In this document: positions 1-10,308 of the stretch, in pieces
Layout: every line of letters starts with the position of its first letter
Numbering within the stretch: position 1 is the stretch's first letter
Assembly: GCA_963991985.1 (NCBI GenBank)
Contig: CAXDRX010000008.1
Location: forward strand, 399-64,398
DNA length: 64,000 nt
Source: an uncultured bacterium
GTDB taxonomy: Bacteria > Bacteroidota > Bacteroidia > NS11-12g > UBA9320
Reading direction: 5' to 3'
Notes under the pieces: model-generated
What the model was told of the DNA's origin: nothing
Seen by the model: only the letters and a program-made list of their open reading frames with translations
Database searches by the model: none
Program-made: the position numbers and the translations under genes

Positions 1-1224
1 GAAAGCAAACCCATCTTAAAATTTGGCACCTCAGCTAAGTTGAACAAGGTGTTGGATTATTATGTCGAGAAAGATTTCTACCCTTTTCTTTACGCACGCT
101 TGGAAGATTTGGATGGGAATGTTCTGTACGAACATAGTTCGGTAAATGAAAAACTACTTCCCAATACTGAAATCGATGGCAATACTTGGATAAGAATTTG
201 GTCAATGAGTAAAATAGTGACCATTTCTGTTGTTTTAGATTTAATCGAAGATGGAATACTAAAAATAGATGACCCAGTCACAAAATACATTCCTGAATTT
301 GAAAACCTTCAAGTTGCTGTTTCAGAAAATGGACGAAGTTTATTACAACTTGAATGGGACAAAAGAGAGGATGCTTGTCCTATAAATCTTGTGCCAAATG
401 ATTCAGTAATGACAGTTCTTCATCTCATAAATCATCAAGCTGGATTTTATTACGCCAAAACTGGTTTTCCATGCATGGATTCTTTAATTGCTGAACAAAA
501 CCTTCCAAAGGCAGTGGACGCTGATGACTTAATAAAAAAGATGTCGAAATTACCGTTAATACAGCATTCTGGAACTCATTACTTTTATGGCACAAATACA
601 ACCGTTTTGGGACTGGTTGCTGAGAGAGCTACGGGTAAAAAATTAAATCAACTCATAAAAGAAAGAGTAACCGAACCAATGAAGATCAAAGGTTTGCAAT
701 ATCGCCTTCCCGCTACTGAAAAATTATTACCACAATTTACCGGTAGAGATTCTACTCTACGTCGAGCCAAAAGAGGTGAGTTGGATATTTTTGGTACAGA
801 AGTACCAGATTATGACATAAATCATCACTTATATTTAGGTGGTGAGGGAATGCTAGCTACAGCAGATGGGTATGCGGATTTTGTAAGAATGCTTTTAAAA
901 AGAGGAGCGTTAAATGGTTACAGATTTTTAGAAAAAGCAACTGTAGAGGATATCTATGCACCTCATACCCAAAAAGATAACCCTTACGGGTATAATGGAT
1001 ATAATTTATGGATTAGTGGAGATTCCATGAAAATAAAAAAACAAGGAGAAGCTGGACTTTGGATTGGCGGTGGATATGAATGTACTTACTTTTGGGCAGA
1101 CCCAAAACGAAACTTTGTTGGGGTTATTATGTCTCAAAATAATGCAGTACGAAAACCAGGTTATGACTTGTACGATAAGTTTCGTGGAACATTATACCAA
1201 CAAATTTGGGCCAATGAAAAATAA
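1..1224 (+). CDS. Serine hydrolase of the beta-lactamase/PBP-like family. Probably 5' partial: the frame is open to position 1 of the window, and the ORF track starts at a TTG at 40.
   Basis: S-x-x-K active-site motif SMSK in IWSMSKIVTISV, which is typical of class C beta-lactamase / DD-peptidase-like hydrolases. No in-frame stop between nt 1 and 40. Confidence 0.6.
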   Translation, partial: ESKPILKFGTSAKLNKVLDYYVEKDFYPFLYARLEDLDGNVLYEHSSVNEKLLPNTEIDGNTWIRIWSMSKIVTISVVLDLIEDGILKIDDPVTKYIPEFENLQVAVSENGRSLLQLEWDKREDACPINLVPNDSVMTVLHLINHQAGFYYAKTGFPCMDSLIAEQNLPKAVDADDLIKKMSKLPLIQHSGTHYFYGTNTTVLGLVAERATGKKLNQLIKERVTEPMKIKGLQYRLPATEKLLPQFTGRDSTLRRAKRGELDIFGTEVPDYDINHHLYLGGEGMLATADGYADFVRMLLKRGALNGYRFLEKATVEDIYAPHTQKDNPYGYNGYNLWISGDSMKIKKQGEAGLWIGGGYECTYFWADPKRNFVGVIMSQNNAVRKPGYDLYDKFRGTLYQQIWANEK

Positions 1225-1344
1225 TATAGACACAATTGAAAAAGTTTTGGCTCGAATCATAATTTGCGCTTTTCAGAAAATAAAGTGCTTCAAAAGCAAC
1301 TGCTTTGCCTATCCAAAACCGCTGGTAATTAGGAAAAAATCAAA

Positions 1345-2547
1345 ATGAAACAGACCACTATAAATCAAATTGCACTGGCCATGGGAGTATTATTCGTTCT
1401 AGGACAAATGACAAGCTGCTCAAATGGCGATGAGATCATAGTTCCATCATCACCCTTCCCGATAAGCAATGATGCTTTTTCTGTTGATACTATTGTAGAG
1501 GGATTTTCAATCCCATACGGAATATCCATAGTTTCAGAACATGAATATTATATCTCTGATAGGATTGGCAAACTGTTTCATTTTCAAAACGATGTTTTGA
1601 CTGAAATAAAAGGAATACCATCAGTTACTACTTTTGGTGATCCCGGGATTCCAGCTATACTTCATGGTGGATTGATGGATGTGAGTATTCATCCCGACTT
1701 TACCAATAATTCGTGGATTTATATATCCTATTTGGCTGCAGATGGTTTTGCTAAAGTAGATCGATTTAAAATACAGAATAACTCCGCTACAAGTTTGGAA
1801 ACCGTCTTTACAACAAGAAAGAAAAATTATTATGGTAATGGTATGCGGATTGTATGGGAAGACAATCATAAATTTTTCTTAAACGTTGGCGGCTCAACCC
1901 TTTCAACCAATACGAATCCTATCTTGATAGCGCAAGATTTAGAAGAGGATGCAGGAAAGGTTCACAGATTAATGGAAGATGGAAGCCTACCATTAGACAA
2001 CCCAATTTTTCAAGGTTACCATTCTCCTATGTCGATTTGGAGTTATGGACATAGGGATGTACAAGGCCTATTTTATGACCATGCAGACAATACGCTTTTT
2101 GGGGTTGAGCATGGGCCCAAAGGTGGTGACGAGTTTAATGTGATAAAAAAGGGAGGAAATTACGGTTGGCCCCTTTTTACATATGGAATAAATTATGATG
2201 GAGCGCGTGTTTCAACCATTTCCGAAGATTCCGCAGCTACCTTTACCATTTTACCAGAACATTATTGGACAGTTCCCACAGATGACGGTGGTCAAGCTAT
2301 TGCGCCTGCTTGTTTACTTAAAGTAAACAATAGCAATATAAGCGATTGGAACAATCATTTTCTTATTGGTTCGTTGGCATATAGAAGACTAATGAAATAT
2401 AATCGAGATACTGATGAAACATTTGCCTTAAATATCCAAGGAAGAGTTAGAACGATTAAACAATTACCAAGTGGAGATATCATCGCCTTAATTGAACGTA
2501 CCAATACGGCTAAAACAGATGGGAGAATTGTTAGGATTACAAATTAA
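1345..2547 (+). CDS. PQQ-dependent soluble sugar (glucose/sorbosone) dehydrogenase lipoprotein, YliI/SGDH family.
   Basis: Motifs GGLMDVSIHPDF and GHRDVQGLFYD...GPKGGDEFNVIKKGGNYGWP are characteristic of the beta-propeller sugar dehydrogenase family. N-terminal signal ends in the lipobox MTSC. Confidence 0.75.
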   Translation: MKQTTINQIALAMGVLFVLGQMTSCSNGDEIIVPSSPFPISNDAFSVDTIVEGFSIPYGISIVSEHEYYISDRIGKLFHFQNDVLTEIKGIPSVTTFGDPGIPAILHGGLMDVSIHPDFTNNSWIYISYLAADGFAKVDRFKIQNNSATSLETVFTTRKKNYYGNGMRIVWEDNHKFFLNVGGSTLSTNTNPILIAQDLEEDAGKVHRLMEDGSLPLDNPIFQGYHSPMSIWSYGHRDVQGLFYDHADNTLFGVEHGPKGGDEFNVIKKGGNYGWPLFTYGINYDGARVSTISEDSAATFTILPEHYWTVPTDDGGQAIAPACLLKVNNSNISDWNNHFLIGSLAYRRLMKYNRDTDETFALNIQGRVRTIKQLPSGDIIALIERTNTAKTDGRIVRITN

Positions 2548-2618
2548 ATAAGCCAAGAAAAATGAGCATCCGGCAATTTGATTATGTAGTAGTGTAGATT
2601 GATTTTTTTTGGAATTGC

Positions 2619-2626
2619 TAATTTTG
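2619..2626 (+). promoter_or_regulatory. Candidate Bacteroidota sigma-A -7 box (TAATTTTG, matching TAnnTTTG) 18 nt upstream of the ATG at 2644.
   Basis: Exact match to the Bacteroidetes -7 consensus. No clean -33 TTTG at canonical spacing was found, so this is weak. Confidence 0.2.
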
Positions 2627-2643
2627 ACCCTCAATTTTAGCGA

Positions 2644-3393
2644 ATGAAATTACTCACTGGCCTTTTAAAAACTTCACCAATACTACTTTTTTTTTCAATT
2701 TTAAGTTTTAACCTATTGGCCCAAAATAAAATTTCTATTCTTCCTTCTGATCTAACATCAATAAAAAATGGAATTACTACGAAAACTGTTTTTGAAGTTC
2801 AAAATATTGCTATAGACTTTAAAGGTCGGAGATTTGATGGTGCAAGTTCTAGTGATTTTTTTTACAGCGGCACTTTATCATTTGATCTTCAAAAGGCCGG
2901 ATCGATAGACTCTGTTATCATAGACTATTATCATACATGTAATGGTTGTTTTGATGTAACTCTATATACCATAAATGGAGATTCAATATTTTATAATAGA
3001 CTTCCTGTTGATAGTATACTTACCTATAAAGATTCCGCCCCGTTATCTCAGATAAAAATCTGGGGGCTTGAAGCTGGATTTGAAAAGTTGAATGTTTATG
3101 GTCGAACACTCAATTCCCCAAAACTAGATTTTGCCACATCCATGAATATAACACCAAATCCATTCTCACAAGAAATAACCATTACAAGCGACCTGTTTTG
3201 TTCACCTGAAATAAATAAACATCCTGTTAAACTGTCTGTAAACGATAACTTTGGGAGAGAAATATATTCAACTTTTTTAAAGAAGGATAATCCATATCAT
3301 CCATTGAATCTTTCTTTTCTGTCAGATGGTATTTACCTATTTACATTATCTACTTCGGGTAAAAAATATTACCGTAAAATTATAAAGCATTAA
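2644..3393 (+). CDS. Secreted hypothetical protein carrying a T9SS (Por) C-terminal sorting domain.
   Basis: N-terminal signal peptide. The C-terminal ~80 aa (ITPNPFSQEITITSD...GIYLFTLSTSGKKYYRKIIKH) have the typical T9SS CTD pattern. Confidence 0.6.
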   Translation: MKLLTGLLKTSPILLFFSILSFNLLAQNKISILPSDLTSIKNGITTKTVFEVQNIAIDFKGRRFDGASSSDFFYSGTLSFDLQKAGSIDSVIIDYYHTCNGCFDVTLYTINGDSIFYNRLPVDSILTYKDSAPLSQIKIWGLEAGFEKLNVYGRTLNSPKLDFATSMNITPNPFSQEITITSDLFCSPEINKHPVKLSVNDNFGREIYSTFLKKDNPYHPLNLSFLSDGIYLFTLSTSGKKYYRKIIKH

Positions 3394-3490
3394 CCATCAA
3401 ATGATGCATTACTATTTTAGTAATTCAAAGAAAAAGGTTAAAATTTAGCCAATTATTTTGTAATTTTTCATAGACAATAAGCAAAAACAA

Positions 3491-3916
3491 ATGAAAAAAC
3501 TCTTCACATTTACTTTATCCATACTTATATTTTGGAGCTGCTCAAAAGATGATGAAAACCCCAAACCAGTCGGCTGTGGTTTTGAAGTGGCCATTGATGC
3601 CCAAGAATATGCAAATGCTCCTTCTGACCAACTAACCGTCAATGGTTTGGAAATCAACAACAACTGCTTAAAAGTTAATTTTAGTTCAGGAGGTTGTAGT
3701 GGGGAAACATGGGCGTTGAAACTTATTGATTCTGGAGCCATTTTAGAATCAAGTCCGCCTCAAAGAAATTTAAGACTATCACTGAAAAATGAGGAATTGT
3801 GCAAGGCATACATCACCAAAGAACTAACATTTGACATTTCAAACTTGCAAGTGGATGGAAATATAGTTCAATTGAACTTAACAAATTCCGACCTAAGCAT
3901 TTTATATAAATACTAA
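3491..3916 (+). CDS. Small lipoprotein of unknown function containing four Cys.
   Basis: Signal peptide with the lipobox FWSC and a clean ORF. No recognisable domain. Confidence 0.45.
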   Translation: MKKLFTFTLSILIFWSCSKDDENPKPVGCGFEVAIDAQEYANAPSDQLTVNGLEINNNCLKVNFSSGGCSGETWALKLIDSGAILESSPPQRNLRLSLKNEELCKAYITKELTFDISNLQVDGNIVQLNLTNSDLSILYKY

Positions 3917-4044
3917 CTATGACACCACAACGGTGTCCATAACCATTTGAACGCTTCATCCATTATCTCTAAAATCGTAAAGTCGGAAAATCTTTTTGAA
4001 GTTTGAAAATTAAATCCTTATTTAGAAATTCGTAAAAACATAAA

Positions 4045-4557
4045 TTGTATAAACAAATGACAATAAAAAATCTTTTTCAACTTTTTGTAATCATCGCTTT
4101 AATAAGCTGCAATCAAACAAATCAAAATCAGTCAGTGATTAAAAATGATGATGAACTTACATCAAATATTGAACTTTTGTTTGATAAGTATTTAGAAAAT
4201 AAGTGGGACGGCTCAGAATTATATGCCGAAGATGTTGTCTGCAAAATAAATAATTTAGAATTTTCTGGGCGTGACAATTTGATGAAAGGTTTCAAAGACC
4301 ATCACGATTTCCTTTACGACAATATAGCGATCAAAGAAATGAAAGTTTACACCACCTATTTTGCCGACGGAGAGACATGGTCCAACGCATGGTTTACATG
4401 GACTGGGACAGGAAAAACCACAGGAAATGACTACTCAAATAGAGGACATTTTGATTACAAATGGGAAAATGGGAAAATTGTTGAACTGTTGGCCTATTAC
4501 AGCGAAGATGCCGGGAATACGGAAGCAGCAGCTTACGCAGCAACCCAACAAGAATAA
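4045..4557 (+). CDS. NTF2/SnoaL-like lipoprotein.
   Basis: Signal peptide with the lipobox LISC. The size and the W/Y-rich beta-sheet-like sequence are consistent with the NTF2 superfamily. Confidence 0.4.
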   Translation: MYKQMTIKNLFQLFVIIALISCNQTNQNQSVIKNDDELTSNIELLFDKYLENKWDGSELYAEDVVCKINNLEFSGRDNLMKGFKDHHDFLYDNIAIKEMKVYTTYFADGETWSNAWFTWTGTGKTTGNDYSNRGHFDYKWENGKIVELLAYYSEDAGNTEAAAYAATQQE

Positions 4558-4781
4558 TTCTTAAGCAAATCTCTTGTTGGACAAAAGGGATACATCATTG
4601 CCGTGTAACTATTTTTTATAAAATCTGCACCAAATCTTTGATTATTCCTTTACAATAAAGATATAAAAGCATTTTCAAATCTTGTGAATCGAAGACCTTC
4701 CAATGATCGGAAATTCCTATTTATTTCTTTTGATTGATCACTTTTTGAAGGGTAAAGCCATACCTTTATGACCTGAAAAGG

Positions 4782-6062
4782 ATGAACGAAATAAAATGTC
4801 CACATTGCAACAAAGCCTTTACCATTGATGAAGCAGGGTATGCAAATATTCTCAAGCAAGTCAGAGACCACCTGTTTGAAAAAGAGATTTCCAATCGACT
4901 CGCTTTAGCTGAAAAAGAAAAAGAAGATGCAGTAAAGCTTGCCGAAGCCGATATCAAAAACGCATTACAAGAACAACTTGCCGAGAAAGATAGACAACTG
5001 ACCGAACTAAAAGCGAGTAGCAATAGAGAGTTGACTGAAAAATTGTCGCAAAAGGAAAACGAGTTAATTCAGTTGAAAGCTAAGATTGAAAATTCCAATA
5101 CAGAAAAAACTTTAGCGATAAAAGAAGCCGTTCAAGAAATCGAGAAAGAGAGGGACAAACTAGTCCATGCTGTTAAAGCCAAAGAGTTGGAAAAACAAAA
5201 CATTGAAAATACGCTTCAACAACAACACATTGCCGAACTTCAAAACAAGGATGCAATCATTAAATACAAGGACGAAGAAATCACTCGTGTCCGAGAGATG
5301 AAGCAAAAGTTGTCTACAAAAATGTTAGGTGAATCGCTCGAACAACACTGTGAAATTGAGTTCAATAAAATTCGGGCAACATCCTTTCAAAAGGCTCAAT
5401 TCTACAAAGACAATGATGCAAGTGGAGGCACTAAAGGCGATTACATTTTCAAAGAATTTGATGACGATGGAAATGAAATTGTTTCCATAATGTTTGAAAT
5501 GAAAAACGAGAATGACGAAACCGTCAACAAAAAGAAAAACGAAGATTTTTTTGCAAAACTCGACAAAGACAGAAAAGACAAGAATTGCGAATATGCGGTA
5601 TTGGTGACATTACTCGAAGCGGACAATGATTTATACAATGGGGGCATCGTAGACGTCTCCTACAAGTTTGATAAGATGTATGTCATTAGACCGCAGTTTT
5701 TTATTCCAATGATTTCTCTTCTAAGAAATGCCGCTATGAATTCATTGAAGTATAAGCAAGAACTTAGTTCAATGAGAAATCAAAACATCGATATTACCAA
5801 TTTCGAAGATAAGATTACCAAGTTCAGAGACAGTTTTTCCAAGAACTATATTTCAGCCTCAAATAACTTTCAAAAAGCCATTACTGAAATTGATAATGCC
5901 ATTAAGAAAATGCAAAAGGTAAAAGAGGCACTTACCACAAGCGAGAATCAGTTGAGACTTGCAAACCAAAAAGCTGAAGATTTGACCATCAAAAAGCTGA
6001 CTTACAACAATCCAACCATGAGACAGAAGTTCAGGAACTTGGAAGACCACAATAAAGAATAA
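4782..6062 (+). CDS. DUF2130-family protein with an N-terminal C-x-x-C zinc-ribbon-like motif, a long coiled coil and a C-terminal PD-(D/E)xK-like region.
   Basis: N-terminus MNEIKCPHCNKAFTIDEAGYA is typical of DUF2130. The central segment is rich in E/K/Q heptads. The C-terminal segment GDYIF...IMFEMKNE carries a D...E-x-K hallmark. Confidence 0.6.
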   Translation: MNEIKCPHCNKAFTIDEAGYANILKQVRDHLFEKEISNRLALAEKEKEDAVKLAEADIKNALQEQLAEKDRQLTELKASSNRELTEKLSQKENELIQLKAKIENSNTEKTLAIKEAVQEIEKERDKLVHAVKAKELEKQNIENTLQQQHIAELQNKDAIIKYKDEEITRVREMKQKLSTKMLGESLEQHCEIEFNKIRATSFQKAQFYKDNDASGGTKGDYIFKEFDDDGNEIVSIMFEMKNENDETVNKKKNEDFFAKLDKDRKDKNCEYAVLVTLLEADNDLYNGGIVDVSYKFDKMYVIRPQFFIPMISLLRNAAMNSLKYKQELSSMRNQNIDITNFEDKITKFRDSFSKNYISASNNFQKAITEIDNAIKKMQKVKEALTTSENQLRLANQKAEDLTIKKLTYNNPTMRQKFRNLEDHNKE

Positions 6063-6146
6063 AAAAAACCACCCCAAATGGTCCTCTGCCTCCCAACCAA
6101 AAATTGGAAACCATGAAACGGCCTAGGACACTAAATGGTTAGAAAA

Positions 6147-6758
6147 TTAAGGCTTCACTTCATAAGCCACTTCATTTCTCCGGTCTATCGCATCCCATGG
6201 AGCATTGTATCCCATGAAGAGCAGAGGACCTACGATTTCAATACGGTTTGAAACTAAGGTTTGGCGAAGAAGGTTTGCGTGCTTTTTGATTTTCTCATCA
6301 TCAGAAAAACCGCCATAAGACAAAACAGCCAAGACCTTGGATGATTGTTCAACCAATTGGACCTGCCCATCGCTTGGTTCGGGCAACTCGTTGCGCTTGT
6401 ATTGACTAGGCATAACAAAGGAAAGGCTTGCAGAATCTCCCATCGCTCTTATGACGGGTGCCGTCATGGCGATTTTTTGCTGTTTGCTGTTGCCCCCAAA
6501 AATATAATTGGCCACGGTTCTAAAGCCATTGTTGCTTGAAGACGCATTTTCTTTCGAATTTAAATAAGTTTGAGCCACAATCATTGGGGGATATACCCGA
6601 ATTTCAACTTGATCAATAGTCTTCAATACTTTGTATTTGGGCGTTTCAATATTTTTACTTCGAAATGCATAAAAAATCCCTACGACAACAATCAAAGCTA
6701 GAACTCCAAGCATCCGAAATGTTTTATTCATTTTTAAAAAACACATACCAACAAACAA
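6147..6758 (-). CDS. SOUL/HBP heme-binding family protein with an N-terminal membrane anchor.
   Basis: Size of about 200 aa, the conserved ETPKY..L start of the SOUL domain and the C-terminal YEV motif. N-terminal hydrophobic helix. Confidence 0.55.
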   Translation of the reverse strand: MFVGMCFLKMNKTFRMLGVLALIVVVGIFYAFRSKNIETPKYKVLKTIDQVEIRVYPPMIVAQTYLNSKENASSSNNGFRTVANYIFGGNSKQQKIAMTAPVIRAMGDSASLSFVMPSQYKRNELPEPSDGQVQLVEQSSKVLAVLSYGGFSDDEKIKKHANLLRQTLVSNRIEIVGPLLFMGYNAPWDAIDRRNEVAYEVKP

Positions 6759-6952
6759 AGTTTCCTAGAATTTGCGCTTTTGGACGTTTTGGAAACGATA
6801 AATATTTAGGCCTACGCAACAAAATTTTTGAAGAAATCAAATATTTTATGATTTGGTCTTCGTACTCATTTTCTTTTTTATCAACACTATATTTTTTGCC
6901 CTAATCAAAGAAATTGATAAATTACAGCACTATACTGCAAAATTCGACAGGT

Positions 6953-8113
6953 ATGCGATGGATTCTCAATCACAAAGCAAAAAATATTCTTTTATTTCTA
7001 ATTTCATTGGCGTCACAAGGTATTCACGCTCAATATTTAAGCGATTCCACCAAAATAAGAATCAATAAAAGTTGGGCACAAGAACCTGCAGGATATACAT
7101 ACCCTATAAAAACCTATGTTCCCAAGGATTCTCCACCAAACGGAGGATTTCCGGTTTGCATTTTATTGCATGGAAATGGCCAATCAGGGGCCTCCATACT
7201 AAATAAATACAGAGGAATTCTCAAGTGCCATGCCTTGATTGCACCCACAGGCTACAAGAATAGTTGGAATATCTGCAGAGAAGGGAGCAATGCTCCGGAT
7301 GTAGAGATGATGGGTGACATCATCGACTCATTACAAAATTTTGTCAATGTCAATTCATCAAAGATTCGAATTTTAGGCGTCTCAAATGGCGGCGGGCTAG
7401 CCAATCGATTTTTCATAGAAAATGACAACCCCAATGTCGATATTGTATGTGCCATTGTTTCTCAATTAAATGAACCTCAGTATCATCTAGGGAGTTTCTA
7501 CAAACCAGTATCTTCCACAGACCCAAGATCTAAGTATTGTGGCTATGACAGTATTGTTCTTCCTTTGGTAGGAAGAAACTATTTGGGAATTTCTAACAAC
7601 AACGATTCACTAATTCCTTACATGGGTGGTTTCTCACCAGTTGGCGTTAATTTCATAGAGGCCCAGAGGGCTGCCTTCCTCATTGCCAAAAGCCAAAGGT
7701 ACAAAGGTCCAAAAATTACAGGTGGTGGAAGCCCGATCGGATCACCTACCATTTTTGAATTTTCCTATCTATCAGGAAAGGTTGTCCACCTCATGGGCGA
7801 TGCAAAACATTCTGTAAACAAAACACAGTTGCAATACATTGAAGATTACTTTTCTGATTGCCAGGTGCCCACTGGAATGATTGATCATGAGACAACAAGA
7901 ATATTGGCTTATCCTAATCCTTTCCATTCAAGTATTTCAATACAAAGGGTATCCTCCAAAGCCTCCATTTTTTCCATTGATGATTTCTTGGGGCAGAACG
8001 TTTTCGTGGGAAAATTCATTGGCGATAAACTTGATATCGACCTATCAACTTTAAACCCTGGAATCTATACCCTTAAGATTGACCATAAATTTCTCCGGCT
8101 TGTAAAAAAATAA
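6953..8113 (+). CDS. Secreted alpha/beta-hydrolase (esterase / PHB-depolymerase-like) with a T9SS C-terminal domain.
   Basis: CILLHGNGQSG oxyanion region and the GVSNGG nucleophile elbow (G-x-S-x-G). Signal peptide MRWILNHKAKNILLFLISLASQGIHA. The C-terminus YPNPFHSS...GIYTLKIDHKFLRLVKK is a T9SS CTD. The start was moved to the ATG at 6953. Confidence 0.6.
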   Translation: MRWILNHKAKNILLFLISLASQGIHAQYLSDSTKIRINKSWAQEPAGYTYPIKTYVPKDSPPNGGFPVCILLHGNGQSGASILNKYRGILKCHALIAPTGYKNSWNICREGSNAPDVEMMGDIIDSLQNFVNVNSSKIRILGVSNGGGLANRFFIENDNPNVDIVCAIVSQLNEPQYHLGSFYKPVSSTDPRSKYCGYDSIVLPLVGRNYLGISNNNDSLIPYMGGFSPVGVNFIEAQRAAFLIAKSQRYKGPKITGGGSPIGSPTIFEFSYLSGKVVHLMGDAKHSVNKTQLQYIEDYFSDCQVPTGMIDHETTRILAYPNPFHSSISIQRVSSKASIFSIDDFLGQNVFVGKFIGDKLDIDLSTLNPGIYTLKIDHKFLRLVKK

Positions 8114-8179
8114 ATCCGCTCCTTTTTGTTCTTGCCCAACGGTCACTGACAGCCGCTCCTTTTTGGCCAAAAATTTATC

Positions 8180-9319
8180 TTATTTCGGAGAGAACTTTAT
8201 GATTTTCCCGGCATCGGTGGTCACATAAAAAATACCATTTCCTTTATCGCAAATGGACCGTACCCTTGCCCCAAGGTCAATTACATCCATTTCTACATAT
8301 TCATCATCAACAAAGACAACCCTATGAATTGATTCCGACTTTAATCCACAAATCAAGTAGCTCGAAAGCCAATCTCCATAGGATTTGTCGTTCAAAGCAA
8401 TCAATTGAGCAGTAGCAATCGAAGGATCCCAGCTGAAAATGGGTTCTTTATAATTCTCATGCGATTTCCCACTAATGTCTGATCCGTCGTAGTTTACACC
8501 TAATGATACTAGGGGCCAACCGTAATTTTCTCCAGACAGGATGATGTTGATTTCATCACCACCTCTGGGGCCATGTTCTGTTGAAACAATCCTGTCGTTG
8601 GTGGCATCATAAGTTAAACCTTGAGGATTTCTATGTCCAAATGAATAGATGGATTGTCTAATATTGGTTTTGCCGTAAAATGGATTGTCTTCGGGTATAG
8701 AACCATCCCAATAGATTCTATGAATCTTTCCCCAATCATTGGTCAAGTCTTGCGCGTTTTGATAGGGAGAATTGGGTCCACCTTGGGAAGGACTCCCTTC
8801 ACCGATACAGAAAAACAAATAGTTGTTATGAAACAATAGCCTAGAACCAAAGTGGCCTGCTCTGCTGCTTATTGAATTTGTTTTAAAAATTGTTTGTACC
8901 TCTGTAATGTTTGCTCCTTCTATCTTCAAACGATCAATCGTCACATAACTAAAGTTGGACCCCTCCGCCTTTTCGGAATAACTTATAAAAACCCATTGAT
9001 TTTGTCCAAAATCGGGATGAAGCTTGATGTCCATCAATCCACCCTGTCCAGCCGCGTTGATTGAATTTTTTATTGGATTGGATAGTTGCACCAAAGTATT
9101 TTTTTGATAAGTATAAATATCCCCCGACTTGGTGGTGAAAATAAGGAAGTCATCTATGGCGTCAATCCCCCAAATTGTCTCACTTCCAACTTCTACTAAT
9201 GTCTCTTGATCGAACGCATATTTTGGAACTTCAATGGGTAAATTTTCCACCTTTTGAGTGGTGTCATCAGCGCAAGAAATAAAACACACAATGCATCCTA
9301 AAAAACAAAACTTTCGCAT
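8180..9319 (-). CDS. PQQ-dependent soluble sugar dehydrogenase lipoprotein, paralogue of 1345..2547.
   Basis: GGLMDIKLHPDF and GHRNPQGLTYD...GPRGGDEINIILSGENYGWP. Lipoprotein signal MRKFCFLGCIVCFISC. An internal ATG at 9319 was chosen over the track start at 9388. Confidence 0.7.
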   Translation of the reverse strand: MRKFCFLGCIVCFISCADDTTQKVENLPIEVPKYAFDQETLVEVGSETIWGIDAIDDFLIFTTKSGDIYTYQKNTLVQLSNPIKNSINAAGQGGLMDIKLHPDFGQNQWVFISYSEKAEGSNFSYVTIDRLKIEGANITEVQTIFKTNSISSRAGHFGSRLLFHNNYLFFCIGEGSPSQGGPNSPYQNAQDLTNDWGKIHRIYWDGSIPEDNPFYGKTNIRQSIYSFGHRNPQGLTYDATNDRIVSTEHGPRGGDEINIILSGENYGWPLVSLGVNYDGSDISGKSHENYKEPIFSWDPSIATAQLIALNDKSYGDWLSSYLICGLKSESIHRVVFVDDEYVEMDVIDLGARVRSICDKGNGIFYVTTDAGKIIKFSPK

Positions 9320-9561
9320 ACTAGAATTCGAAAATATGGAATGAAAAGTCAATAATTTAAATTGACCCTCAATCTTTTTCAATTTCATTTTGTAATGATT
9401 AAGTGGATCGTAAAAAATTTTTGCATCATTTTTTTGTGATTGGTGCCGGATTGGGCATCACAAAAAATGTGTTGGGACAAAAAAAGGATACGAAATCTAC
9501 TTACAGACAAATGATTGAACAAGTCGGCTTCAATCATTTGCCCCAAAAAAATACCCATACG

Positions 9562-10278
9562 ATGAATAGTATATTTCACAAAGCAAGCAGCAGAGGTCAT
9601 GCAGATCACGGGTGGCTAAAAAGTCATCACTCATTCAGTTTTGCCAGTTATTACAATCCCGATCGAATGCATTTTGGTGTGTTAAGGGTTTTAAACGACG
9701 ACCATGTTGAAGGTGGAAAAGGATTTGGAACACATCCGCACGACAACATGGAAATCATTTCTATTCCCCTGCAAGGAGACTTGGAACATAAAGACAGCAT
9801 GGGCAACACAACCGTAATCAAAGAAGGAGAGATCCAGGTAATGAGTGCTGGAACTGGAATTTATCATAGCGAATACAACAAAAACCAACACCAAGCAGTG
9901 AAATTCTTGCAAATTTGGCTGTTCCCCAACAAAAAGAATGTTCAACCTCGCTATGACCAAATTTCATTGAACGAAAAATCCATTGAAAATCAATTCTTTC
10001 AAATTTTGTCTCCCAACCCAGAAGATGAAGGTGTTTGGATTCACCAAAATGCTTGGTTTCATTTGGGAAAATTTACTGAAAATAAAGAAATAATCCAAAC
10101 CTTAAAACATCCAAACAATGGTCTATATGTATTTCAAATAGAAGGAAAATCAACCATCGGCAACCAAACCCTAGAAAAACGGGATGGCCTTGGGATTTGG
10201 GATATAAAAAATATAACGATTCAAGCAAACGAAGGATCCAAAATACTGCTCATGGAAGTACCTATGCGAATGGGCTAG
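9562..10278 (+). CDS. Pirin-family (cupin) protein.
   Basis: HPHDNMEIISIPLQG...GEIQVMSAGTGIYHSEYN are pirin N-terminal cupin motifs. The ATG at 9562 gives a ~238-aa pirin and leaves a realistic divergent intergenic region. The longer ORF from 9403 would add a Tat-like KK leader. Confidence 0.65.
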   Translation: MNSIFHKASSRGHADHGWLKSHHSFSFASYYNPDRMHFGVLRVLNDDHVEGGKGFGTHPHDNMEIISIPLQGDLEHKDSMGNTTVIKEGEIQVMSAGTGIYHSEYNKNQHQAVKFLQIWLFPNKKNVQPRYDQISLNEKSIENQFFQILSPNPEDEGVWIHQNAWFHLGKFTENKEIIQTLKHPNNGLYVFQIEGKSTIGNQTLEKRDGLGIWDIKNITIQANEGSKILLMEVPMRMG

Positions 10279-10308
10279 TTTATGACAAAGGTCTATTATT
10301 TTTGAATA

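Noticed and set aside
6063-6146. Short inverted repeat AACCAT...ATGGTT between the convergent DUF2130 and SOUL genes, as a possible terminator.
   Set aside because: The stem is only 6 bp with a 20-nt loop and has no flanking T-run. The evidence is insufficient.
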